Position numbers and translations under genes: made by a program
Shown here: in pieces, positions 26,131 to 37,815 of the stretch
Layout of the letters: each line of letters begins with the position of its first letter
How positions within the stretch are numbered: the stretch's first letter is position 1
Assembly: GCF_044704955.1 (NCBI RefSeq)
Contig: NC_091991.1
Location: 50,530,001-50,594,000 of the forward strand
Source of the DNA: Pristiophorus japonicus
Taxonomy: Eukaryota
Length of the DNA: 64,000 nt
Direction: 5' to 3'
Notes under the pieces: generated by a model
Databases searched by the model: none
The model's input: the letters and a program-made list of their open reading frames with translations, nothing else
Told to the model about the DNA's origin: nothing

Positions 26131-27434
26131 AGATGAAGGTAATCGAAGTTCGATGGATGTCTCATAAATAGTATAAAAGGCTCACTAATGCAGCCGTCAC
26201 TATAGTTTAACAGAGATAGAACCAGCTAAATTGTGGATTATTTTACTGAAACATACACACAATGTTGGCACACTACTGCGTGGAAGTGAAGAGCTGTCCT
26301 ACAGGGTAGGAAAATTATGCTGAAGATAATTTCACACACTTCCTTGCACATAGTTTTAAAGCAGCAATGTTGGATGCCGTCTGTTCTGTGTCGGATTCTC
26401 ATGCATATCTGTATTTGGATGTACATAGGGCAAAAGTTTGAAATGTTCATCTTATCTATTTTTATGACACTAGCAGATCTCCCATAGTATTGCTCACATT
26501 GAATCAGAGGATACGCGATTTTATACAAGGCGTATTATGCCATGTAAAAGACATTGCATTATCAAGGCCACAGATTCATGGTGATGACATATGTGAAGTT
26601 ATGGACAGGAATTTCCTCCGAAATACTCAAACTCCGGTTGCTAAACTTCACTGGATGTGCGGAAGACATGTTTTACGTGGAGTTACGGCAATGGAGCGGG
26701 AGCAACTCCTAGCGAATTCCCAGCTTAAGTTTCTATTAAGTTACTCAGGGGTCACAGCAGTATTCTGGGATCAAATTTGGCAACTTTTGACTTTTTTCTA
26801 TGAAAACTGATTATTATATTTCCTACCTTATGTGTTTAGTGTTCAACCTTTGTTTTAAAGTTTATGATACACAGGAAGCTGGTGGAAAGAGGTTTGCAGT
26901 TCTAGGTAAATAGAAGGTGTCGAGGAAAAGTGGAGTAGGATTATGGAGTTTAGCAGTAGCGGGAGGGTCTTGGGACAGGGATTTATAGGGGTGTGATGCT
27001 GGATTTGGTACAGGAAACAAAGAACGTACATTTACATAGCGGCTTTCTTGTTCTCGGGACATCCAAAAGTGCTTCATAACCAATTAATTACTTTTCTGAA
27101 GTGTAGTTATTGTTATTTTGTAGACAACTGGTTGGAGGTACTAGGTTTAGCACTCTTAAGGTTATTGCTGGCAATACTGTGGTGGGGCGCAATAGGTGTT
27201 CAGGGTAGGAAAAAAACCTTGCATTTATGTAGCGCCTTTCATGGCTCAGGATGTCTCAAAGCGCTTGACAGCCAGTAAACTGGAGACCATTTCAATAACG
27301 ATAAATTAAATGTTATTAACATTAATAATAACTTTCATGCACCCCACCGACCTCGATAAGCACCGCCTCTCTATGCACTGATTGGTTGGAAAGCTCCAGA
27401 TAGGATCAGAGATTCACAATTTATTGTAATAAGA

Positions 27435-27625
27435 ACAGAAACTGCTGGAAATACTTAGCAGGTCAATCAGCATCTATGGAGAGAGAGCCTTCCCAGTTCT
27501 GACAAAAGATCATTGACCTGAAATGTTAACTCTCTCTGCACAGATGCTACCTGACCCGCTGAGTATTTCCAGCATTTTCTGTTTTTATTTCAAATTTCCA
27601 GCATCCACAATATTTTGCTTTTGTT
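27435..27625. mobile_element. Palindromic Penelope-terminal-repeat-derived element with a degenerate hammerhead core
   Basis: GCTGGAAATACTTAGCAGGTCA..CAGCATCT is inverted to AGATGCT..TGACCCGCTGAGTATTTCCAGC. The same sequence ends the Penelope at 40480-40610; partial copies occur at ~14920 and ~55670. Confidence 0.7.
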
Positions 27626-28030
27626 TCACTATTTATTAGTTCTTTGACATGTCAGTCATACAACACACTAACATCCAGTTTGTGGAGATAAATAGATAGA
27701 ATTGTACTTTTAAAAACTAGGCTTAGGTTGTAATCAATGGAGTGCATCTATCTCTAATTATTTTTTAATTATTGTAATATACAAACTCACACAAAAAAAT
27801 ATCGTTTTTTTTTAACAATTCCATAAAATGATCCCACCCATTTTTTGATTGGTGAGACCAATTGTTGGAGAGCATTGATTGGATCAAGAAGCTGTCAATC
27901 ATTTACGAGTGTCATTGTCAAATATCACACCAAGGATTGATATCTGTAAGTAAATAAATACCTGTTTTCTTAAAAACATTATTGAAACACTCTTTACTTC
28001 CATATTATGTGTGTTATAATTTAGATGGGG

Positions 28031-30071
28031 TGGAATCCGTGATTATATACGAACATAAGAAATAGGAGGAGTAAGCCATTTGGCCCCTCGAGCCTGCTCC
28101 GCCATTTAATATCATGGCTGATCTGATCATGGACTCAGCTTCACTTCCATAATCCCTTATCGCTCAAAAATCTGTCTATCTCCGCCTTAAATATATTCAA
28201 TGACCCAGCCCCCACAGCTCTCTGGGGCACAGAATTCCACAGATTTACAACACTCAGAGAAGAATTCCTCCTCATCTCAGTTTTTAATGGGCGGCCCTTT
28301 ATTCTGAGACTATGCCCTCTAGTTTTAGTTTCCTTAGGAGTGGAAATATCCTCTCTGCATCCACCTTGTCGAGCCCCTCATTATCTTAAATGTTTTGATA
28401 AGATCACCCACTATTTTAAAAAAGGAGAGAGAAAAAATAGGGAACTACAGACCGGTTAGCCTAACATCAGTAGTAGGGAAAATGCTAGAGTCTATTATAA
28501 AGGATGTGATAACGGCACACTTAGATAATATCAACGGGATTAGACAAAGTCAACATGGATTTATGAAAGGAAAGTCGTGTATGACAAACCTACTGGAGTT
28601 TTTTGAAGATGTGACTGATAGAATAGATAAGGGAGAACCAGTGGATGTAGTGTATTTGGATTTTCAAACGGTCTTTGCTAAAGTCCCACATAATAGGTTA
28701 GTGTGCAAAATTAAAGCACAAAGAATTGGGCGTAATATACTGTCATGGATTGAAAATTGGTTAACTGACAGGAAACAGAGAGTAGGAATAAATGGGTCTT
28801 TTTCAGGTTGATGGGCAGTGACTAGTGGGATACCACAGGGATCAGTGCTTGGGCCCCAGCTATTCACAATATATATAAATGATTTGGATGAGGGAACCAA
28901 ATGTAATATTTCCAAGATTGCTGACGACACAAAACTAGGTGGGATTATGAATTGTGAGGAGGATGCAAAGACGCTGCAAGGTGATTTAGATAGGTTGAGT
29001 GAGTTAGCTTGGGAAATGTCGATGTACAAAGGGACCTGGGTGTCCTTGTACATTAGTCATTGAAAGCAAATATGCAGGTGCAGCAAGCAGTTAGGAAGGC
29101 AAATGGTATGTTGGCCTTCATTGCAAGAGGATTTGAGTACAGGAGCAAGGATGTCTTGCAGCAGTTATACAGGGCCTTGGTGAGACCACACCAGGAGTAT
29201 TGTGTGCAGTTTTGATCTCCTTACCTAAGAAATGATATAGAGGGAGTGCAGCGAAGGTTCACCAGATTGATTCCTGGGATGGCAGGACTGTCGTATGAGG
29301 AGAGATTGGGTCGACTCGGCCTGTATTCACTAGAGTTTAGAAGAATGAAAGGGGATTTCATTGAAACGTATAAAATTCTGACGGGGTTGGACAGACTGGA
29401 TGCGGGGAGGATGTTTCCCCTGGCTGGGAAGTCTAGAACAAGGGGTCAGTCTTACGATATGAGGTAGGAAATTTAGAATTGAGATTAGGAGAAATTTCTT
29501 TACTCAGAGGGTGGTGAACCTGTGGAATTCTCTACCACAGAAGGCTGTGGAGGCCAAGTCACTGAATATATTTAAGAAGGAGATAGATAGATTTCTAGGC
29601 ACAAAAGGCATCAAGAGGTATGGGGAGAAAGTGGGAATATGGTGTTGAGATAGAGGATCAGCCATGATCATATTGAATGGCGGTGCAGGCTCGAAGGGCT
29701 GAATGGCCTACTACTGCTCCTATTTCCTATGTTTCTATGTTTCACACCTCATTTTTCTGAACTCCAATGAGTATAGGCCCAACCTACTCAACCTATCTTC
29801 ATAAGTCAACCACCTAATCTCCAGAATCAACCTACTGAACCTTCTCTGAACAGCTTCCAATGCAAGTATATCCTTTCTTAAATACTGTACGCAGTACTTT
29901 AGGGGTGGCCTCACCAATACCCTGTACAGTTGTAACAGGACTTCCCTGATTTTATACTCTATCCCCCTTGCAATAAAGGTCAACATTCCATTTGCCTTCC
30001 TGATTACTTGCTGTAGATGCATACTAACTTTTTGTGTTTCATGCACAAGCACCCCCAGGTCCCTCTGCACT
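28031..30071 (-). mobile_element. CR1 3' fragment (-) split by a 5'-truncated CR1 (+) at ~28409-29742
   Basis: The minus-strand tail 28031-28408 continues at 29743 (..AGATCACC|CACCTCATT..). The plus copy has RT motifs ([24 protein letters not shown]) and a (TTTCTATG)n tail. Confidence 0.88.
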
Positions 30072-32820
30072 TTGCAAGTCCGATACGAGAACCACAGTCC
30101 CTGCCACAGGTGAGACAGATAGTCGATGAGGGAAGGGATGGGTGGGACTGGTTTGCCGCACGCTCTTTCCGCTGCCTGTGCTTGATTTCTGCATGCTCTC
30201 AGCGATGAGACTCGAGGTGCTCAGCGCCCTCCCGGATGCACTTCCTCCACTTAAGGCGGTCTTGGGCCAGGGACTCCCAGGTGTCAGTGGTGATGTTGCA
30301 CTTTATCAGGGAGGCTTTGAGGGTGTCCTTGTAACGTTTCCTCTGCCTACCTTTGGCTCGTTTGGCATGAGTAGAGCGCTTGCTTTGGCATGCCTGGCAT
30401 GCGAACAATGTGGCCTGCTCAGCGGAGCTGATCAAGTGTGATCAGTGCTTCAATGCTGGGGATGTTGGCCTGGTCGAGGACGCTAATGCTGGTGCATCTG
30501 TTCTCCCAGGGGATTTGTAGGATCTTGCGGCGGCATCGTTGGTGGTATTTCTCCAACGACTTAGTGACTACTATACATGGTCCATGTCTCTGAGCCATAC
30601 AGGAGGGCGGGTATTACTACAGCCCTGTAGACCATGAACTTGGTGGCAGATTTGAGGGCCAGATCTTCAAACACTCTTTTCCTCAGGTGGCCAAGGGCCG
30701 CACTGGAGGCGGTGTTGAATTTCATTGTCGGTGTTTGCTCTTGTTGATAGGCTCCTGAGGTATGGAAAATGGTCCACATTATCCAGGACCACACCATGGA
30801 TCTTGATGACTGGGGGCGGTGCTGTACGGCGAGGACAGGCTGGTGGAGGACCTTTGTCTTACGGATGTTTAGCGTAAGGCCTATGCTTTCGTACGTCTCA
30901 GTAAATACGTCGACTATGTCCTGGAGTTCAGCCTCTGTGCGCAGATGCAGGCGTCGTTCGCGTACTGTAGCTCGATGACAGAGGTTGGGGTGGTCTTAGA
31001 CCTGGCCTGGAGATGACCAGGTTCCCATTGGTTCTGTAGTTTAGTTCCACTCCAGCGGGGAGTTTATTGACTGTGAGTTGGAGTATGGCAGTGAGGAAGA
31101 TTGAGAAGAGGGCTGGGGCGATGACGCAGCCCTGTTTGACTCCGGTCCGGATGTGGATTGTGTCTATAATGGATCTGTAGGTAAGGATCACGGCCTGCAT
31201 GTCATCGTGGAGCAGACGAAAGATGGTGATGAACTTTTGGGGGCATCCAAAACAGAGGAGGATGCTCCATAGACCCTCGCGATTGACAATGTCAAAGGCC
31301 TTTGTAAGGTCAAAGAAGGCCATGTATAAGGGCTGGTGCTGTTTCCTGCATTTTTCCTGCAACTGTCACGCTGCAAAAATGATGTCCGTTGTGCCCCGTA
31401 AGGGAAGAAATCCGCACGAAATCTGGGAGGAGCTCCTCAGCCACAGGGAGAAGACGGTTGAAGAGGACTCTAGCGGCGGCTTTCCCAGTGGCTGATAACA
31501 GGGAGATTCCTCTGTAGTTGCCGCAGTCAGACTTGTCCCCTTTTTTTAAAGATGGTCACGATCACTGCATCTCTCAGATCTCCCGACATGCTCTCCTCCC
31601 TCCAGCTGAAAGAGATGAGGTCATGTATTCGCACCAACAGTGCCTCTCCACCATACTTCAGTGCCTCAGCAGGGATTCCATCTGTTCCCATGGTCTTGTT
31701 GTTCGTAAGCTGTCTTATGGCTTTTTCTACCTCGTGCAGTTTAGGGGTTTTACTGAGATGGTGGCGGGTAGCATGCTGCGGGATGGAGTCGAGAACACTC
31801 GAGTCAAAGGCAGAGTTTTGATTGAGGAGATCTTCGAAGTGCTCCTTCCAGCGGAACCTGACTGCCTCGGTGTCCTTGATGAGTGTTTCCCCGTTCTTGG
31901 CCAGCAGTGGGGTGGGGCCTTGGGTGTCTGGACCATAGGTGGCCTTGACTGCGATGAAGAATCCTCGCACATCATGGCTGTTGGCCAGCTGCTGTATCTC
32001 CTGTGCTTTCTCCATCCACCACCTGTTCTTTAGGTCTCGGGTTTTTTGTTGGACCTCAGCCTTAAGCCGTCTGTAATGCTGCTTCCGAGTTGGGTTGTTG
32101 TTTAAGGCTCAGAAATGCCCTGTGCTTGCAATCTATTAGCTCTTGGATCTCCTGATCATTCTCATCAAACCAATCCTGGTATTTCCTGGTTGAGTGACCG
32201 AGCGTCTCTTTGCAGGCACTGGTTATGGAGGCCTAGAGGGCAGACCAAGCGCTGTGGGCATTCTGCGTCTCGGGGTCACCAAGGCACCCAGGCGAGACCA
32301 AAGAGGGTTTTAACTCCAACCTCTCAAAATACCTGTCCCGCGTCCCTGCGGACGACAAACTGATCCTCCTCAGTGACATCATTGCCAGGGTCGGCAAGGA
32401 TACAGCCCTCTGGAGAGGCGTGATTGGCAGAGAGGGGGTAGGGAAAGCCAAGCAGTACCCTACTCCTGACAAAATGTCTAGAACGTGAACTTGTCATCAC
32501 CAACACATTGTTCCGCCAGAGGAACAAATACAAGGCATCGTGGCAACACTCTCGCTCCAAACACTGGAACCTGCTCGACCACGTCATCGTCCGAGCCAGG
32601 GATCGCAAGGATATGCGCATCATCCGCGCCATGACAGGAGCTGACGACTGCTGGACGGACCACCGTCTAATCCGATCCATCTTTGACATCAACATAGCCC
32701 CAAAGCGGAGGGGTAGCAGAAGCAGTGCTGCACAAAAGTCAATGCCAGGGCACTTAATGACCCAGCTAAGAGTCCTTTACAGTCAGCGCCTCACAGCTAA
32801 CTTGGCGTGCCTTGATAACC
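30072..32820 (-). mobile_element. RTE-clade LINE fragment with an inverted 5' segment (32290-32820 on +)
   Basis: RT motifs on - (AFFDLTKAFD, GVKQGCVIAP, LLYGSETW, DGIPAE); APE motifs on + (NTLFRQRNKYKASWQH, DCWTDHRLI). Confidence 0.88.
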
Positions 32821-33379
32821 AAAATGAGCAGCATCAGTGAAAAATAATCAGAATTTAAGCAGCAGCTTCTCCCCAGGTCACGGTTTACTATACACAAAAT
32901 ATGCTCATTTTCCAGCTCTTTTTAAAAGGAGATAATCAACATAGCATTAACTCCTTTTGGAGTGTCTATTAAAACAGGTTTTCACATCCATGTAGTAATC
33001 CCATGGGGTCCACAGTCATCAGATTACTGTCTATTGGTTTAGATGTGTGTATTTTTGCTTTTCTGACATATTACCCTGTTCCTGTATACTAATAAGTTTT
33101 GCTGCAGTGATAACACCGTTTCCCTTTGGGCAGCTGTTTACTGTTTTTCAGAGATAGCGATTGTGTTATCTCGGTAGAAAATGTTGGAAACCTGTTGTTC
33201 AATGGGGGTAAAAGATATCCTGAATTTAATGTCTAGTTCCGCCATTTCAGTTTAGATTAAGTAGCATTGTCCACGTGACTAGGGCCTTAAAAATGTGAAT
33301 CACTCTTTCACCATCTAGCTTACTTTCAGGATCTTTATTTCTTACTATAGACACACACATATATTATATATATATATTA

Positions 33380-34140
33380 GCCTTCTGATGGAATACTTCG
33401 GAAACCGATTGGCCTGCCTCCTGGATAACAGCTTTCGGCTGAGTTTCAGGAGCAGCGCTGAAAAGAGACAAGACTTGGATGAGGTCTCAATCGTGGCTTT
33501 CAAAGGGGAGCTGGCGAACACTGCGGGGGAGGGGAGAGGGGATGGTGGGACTAGTTTAAGTGCTCTTGCAGAGGCCCGACAGGCCGAATGACCTCCCTCT
33601 GTGCTGTAACCATTCTGTGATGTCGAAGACCTGGACTTTGCAGTGCCGAGGTTTTGCTGCCTGTGTGAAGGGGAAGCGAGGACAAGTTGCAACACGTTCC
33701 GCCCCAGTGTTGCAGTCTTGCCCGGGGTCACATGACCGGCCCGGCCCCGGGGCCACATTCGAACCTTTGTTCCCGATACAGTTTGGCGCCAAAGCCGCGG
33801 ACGCTGACACCTTGCAGCAAGATCCCAGCACAAGGGCAAAGATGTGTTGGTTTCCAACAGCTGCAGCCGCGCCGTGTTAAAGTGGATCAGGGGGCATGCT
33901 TTACCGTCGGTGCACGGTGTGAACAAGTTTCCTGTGCAGCGGAAAGGGGCGGGGAGAATTTTCTGCACTTCAGATTTCCCAGCAGCAGCGAGTCGGCGGG
34001 CCGTGGACATTGTACTCCGGCGATCAGGGTGAGTCACGGGAGCTCGCTGCCCGGTCGTATAGTCGCCTATTCGAGGACCAAATGAGCGAGCCCTTTTACT
34101 GGGCTTTAAACTTGCGGGAAGGCGCGGGCTGACAGTGGAA
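33380..34140 (+). promoter_or_regulatory. CpG island / putative BID promoter with GC box
   Basis: CpG-dense non-repeat stretch in an otherwise AT-rich background; GGGGCGGGG at 33946-33954 just upstream of the putative exon 1. Confidence 0.75.
33960..34028 (+). other. BID: Putative non-coding first exon of BID (5' end uncertain)
   Basis: Strong donor AGG|GTGAGT at 34028/34029, no ATG in the exon, and the next acceptor CTGCAG| at 34536. Confidence 0.6.
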
Positions 34141-34560
34141 GGAATAGATTTTTGTTTCGGCCAACTTCAGCTGCACCAGGTTCAACTGAAGCAAGGGGAT
34201 CATGCTGTAACTTCTGTGTATTGTCTGAATTAGAACAGCCGTAAAAGAACTTGCTTTGTTAATATTGGGAATGTTTTTTATATTTTTAGAAGAAACTTAA
34301 AACTATTTTGGCTTCCGGTCATTGCACTTCCTTATTATAAAAGAGCCAAGTTGTGCAGACCATGCATGAGTTTACTAATTTCTAATGTGTATATTACAAT
34401 AACCATCATTAACTATACTGTCAATTTGTATCGTTTAGGCCAAAAAAATCTTAGCGCAGCTAAGGTGGACTTGTTGCGTCTAATTGGTTTTTATTATACC
34501 TAACAGTTCCCATGTTCCTTTATGTTTAAACTGCAGGGCGAAAGAAGGGAGGTTGTAGAC

Positions 34561-34780
34561 ATGTCCCTGAACGTTGATGCTTCGTTTGACAAACAAACGC
34601 AATATATTTTGTTGAGATTTCTTCAGGAAAAGAAAGTTGAAAATGGTACCTACAAGCAAGAAATGCAGAAACTTGAGAAAGAAGTTACAAAGGGATCCAG
34701 TTTTGATGACGATATTCAGACAGATGGGCATTGCTCTCAGGAATCTGTTTTTCCTACAACCTTTGATGATTTGGAAGAAG
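34561..34780 (+). CDS. BID: BH3-interacting domain death agonist, coding exon 1 (exon starts at 34537)
   Basis: MSLNVDASFDKQTQYILLRFL...DDIQTDGHCS contains the caspase-8 site IQTD|G (mammalian LQTD|G); donor GAAG|GTATTT, phase 1. Confidence 0.88.
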
Positions 34781-34789
34781 GTATTTTAC

Positions 34790-36134
34790 TATAAGCCCAC
34801 TGACTCCCACGGCTACCTTGATTACACTTCCTTCCACCCAGTTTCCTGTATAGACACTATTCTATTCTCCCAGTGTCTCTGTCGCAACTGTTCTGACGAT
34901 GCCACCATCCACAGCAGTGCTTCTGATATGTCTTCCACTTTCCTCAACCCAGGATTCCACTCCACTGTGGTTGACCAGGTACTTGACTGTCTCATTTCAC
35001 ACACTTCTACTCTCACCCCTTCCCCTCCCTCCCAGAATCACAATAGGATTCCCATTGTTCAGAGTGGGGTGGATGGGTTGACTGCGCAGATGGCGGTTGG
35101 TGGATGTGGTGTGGTTGGCTTCGCGGGGGCGTGGCTCCGGGGTGGCCGGGGCTGGGGGCTCGACATCCGGGGGTGTTCGGCATTTGGGAAGGATTCTGAT
35201 GGGACGGGGCGGGTTGGGTGGGTCCGGAGCCGGGGCGGGGGGCACGCTCTTGGAATGGGGGGTGGGTTGTTTGGGGCTGGGATTGGGGGAGACTTCTTCA
35301 CTCGGGGAGTTGTTGGCCTGTGGGGTTCCCTGCCACGGAGAGTTGTTGATGCCAGTTCGTTGGATGTGTTCGGGACGGAGTTGGGATGTGGTCCTTGCGG
35401 CTGGGAGGTTGTGGGGGTGTGGAGGGGGGCGGGTGCTGGGGTGGGTGATCAGCCATGATCTTGTTGAATGGCGGTGCAGGCTCGAATGGCCTACTCCTAC
35501 ACCTATTTTCTATGTTTCTATGTCTTTACCTTTTACCCCACCAGCCTCCACATTCAAGGGAGCATCCTCCAGCGCGATGCCACCACCAAACTCATCATCC
35601 CCTCCCCTCTCCGCATTCTGAAAGGACCGTTCCCTCCGCGACACGCTGGTCCAGTCACCCGCTCCCCTCCCCACGGCACCTTCCCGTGCAAGCGCAGGAG
35701 ATGCAACACCTGCCCTTTCACCTCCTCCCTTCCCGTCGTCCAGGATTGCAAATACGCCATCCAGGTGAAACACTGATCAACTTTTACTTCTTTCAATCTT
35801 GTATACTGTATTCGCTGCTCACTATGTGGTCTCCTCTACATTGGGGAGACCAAACACAGATAGAAACATGGAAACATAGAAAATAGGTGCAGGAATAGGC
35901 CATTCGGCCCTTCGAGCCTGCACCACCATTCAATACGATCCTGGCTGATCATTCCCTCAGTACCCCTTTCCTGCTTTCTCTCCATACCCCTTGATCCTTT
36001 ATAGAATTGGGTGATCACATTGCTGAACGCCTCCCCTTCAGCCCACATGCGTGACCATGAGCTTCCGGTCGTTTACCATTTTAATTCTCCGTCCCACTCC
36101 CACTCTGACCTCTCTGTCCTCAGTCTCCTACACT
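34790..36134 (+). mobile_element. Penelope-like element (RT thumb plus GIY-YIG endonuclease), decayed and interrupted by CR1-derived inserts
   Basis: YKPTDSHGYLDYTSFHP; HGTFPCKRRRCNTCP; LVYCIRC..CGLLYIGETK (GIY-YIG). Inserts at ~35057-35523 and ~35859-36000. Confidence 0.88.
35057..35523 (+). mobile_element. Internally deleted CR1 derivative with dense A-to-G hypermutation
   Basis: Reverting G to A restores a CR1 APE N-terminus (NKVDELTAQI..NGYDV...TETWLQGDQGWELNIQGY..FRKD) fused to the CR1 3' end; it ends in the normal CCTATTTTCTATGTTTCTATG tail. Confidence 0.88.
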
Positions 36135-36139
36135 AGGAG

Positions 36140-37815
36140 TACATAGGATATACAGCACAGAAACCAGTCCATGCCAGCGTTTATGTTCCACTCGAGCCTC
36201 CTCCCGTCTTTCCTCATCTACCTCTATCAGCATAACCCTCTATTCCCTTTTCCCTCATATGCTCATCTAGCCTCCCCTCAAATGCATCTATTCTATTCGC
36301 TTCAACTGCTCCCTGTGGTAGTAAGTTCCACATTCTCACCACTCTCTGGGTAAATAAGTTTCTTCTGAATTCCCTATTTGATTTCTTGGTAATTATCTTA
36401 TATTGATGGCCTCTAGTTATGCTTTCTCCCCCCCCCCCCCCACAGTGGAAGCATTCTTTCTGTATCTACTCAATCAAAACCTTTCATAATTTTAAAGACC
36501 TCTATTAGGTCACCCCCTCAGCCTTTTTTCAAGAGAAGAGAGACCCAGCCTGTTCGTTCTTTCCTGATGGGCATACTCTCGCATTTCTGGTATCATAGAA
36601 AACAAAGACAGAAAATAGGTGCAGGAGTAGGCCATTCGGCCCTTCGAGCCTGCACTGCCATTCAATATGATCATGCAACTTCAGTACCCCATTCCTGCTT
36701 TCTCTCCATACCCCTTGATCCCTTTAGCCGTAAGGGCCACATCTAACTCCTTTTGAATATATTTAATGAACTGGCCTCAACAACTTTCTGTGGTAGAGAA
36801 TTCCACAGGTTCACAATTCTCTGAATGAAGAAGTTTTTCCTCATCTCAGTCCTAAATGGCTTACCCCTTATCCTTAGACTGTGATCCCTGGTTCTGGACT
36901 TCCCCAACACTGGGAACATTCTTCCTGCATCTAACCTGTCCAATCCCGTCAGAATTTTATATGTTTCTATGAGATTCCCTCCCTCATTCTTCTAAATTCC
37001 AGTGAATATAAGCCCAGTCGATCCAGTCTTTTGTCATGTGTCAGTCCTGCCATCCTGGGAATCAGTCTAGTGAACCTTCACTGCACTCCCTCAATAGCAA
37101 GGATGCCTCTGATTAGGAGACCAAAACTGTACACAATATTCAAGGTGTGGCCTCACCAAGGCCCTGTACAACTGCAGTAAGACCTCACTGCTCCTATACT
37201 CAAATTCTCTCGCTATGAAGGCCAACATGCCATTTGCCACCTCCACCGCCTGCTGTACCAGCATGCCAACTTTCAATGACTGATGTACCATGATGCCCAT
37301 GTCTCGTTGCACCTCCCCTTTTCCTAATCTGTCACCATTCAGATAATAATCTGCCTTCCTGTTTTTGCCACCAAAGTGGATAACCTCACATTTATCTACA
37401 TTATACTGCATCTGTCCTGCATTTGCCCACTCACCTAACCTGTCCAAGTCACCCTGCAGCCTCTTAGCATCCTTCTCACAGCTCACACTGCCACCCAGCT
37501 TGGTGTCATCTGCAAACTTGGAGATATTACATTCAATTCCGTCATCTAAATCATTAATGTATATTGTAAGTAGCTGGGATCCCACCATTGAACCTTGCGG
37601 TACCCCACTAGTCACTGCCTGCCATTCTGAAAAGGACCTTGTAAATCTTCTCTGCACCCTCTCTCGTCTTTTTATAGTATGGCGACCAGAATTGTACACA
37701 GTACTCCTTTATGGTCTAACCAAGGTTCAATACAGGTTTAGCATAACTTCACTATTTTTCAATTCTATCCCTCTAGAAATAAACCCAAGTACTTGGTTTG
37801 CTTTTTTATGGCCTT
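36140..37815 (-). mobile_element. Two nested CR1 3' fragments (younger copy ~36595-37640)
   Basis: RT ORF 37091-37699 ([28 protein letters not shown]); CR1 3' tails at ~36140 and ~36595. Confidence 0.85.

Noticed and set aside
33345-34085. ORFs of 100-230 aa on both strands in the CpG island
   Set aside because: No recognisable domains; such ORFs are expected by chance in GC-rich promoter DNA.
34637-35621. Gly-rich ORFs overlapping BID exon and intron
   Set aside because: They are open because A>G hypermutation removed stop codons, and they join Penelope and CR1 sequence.
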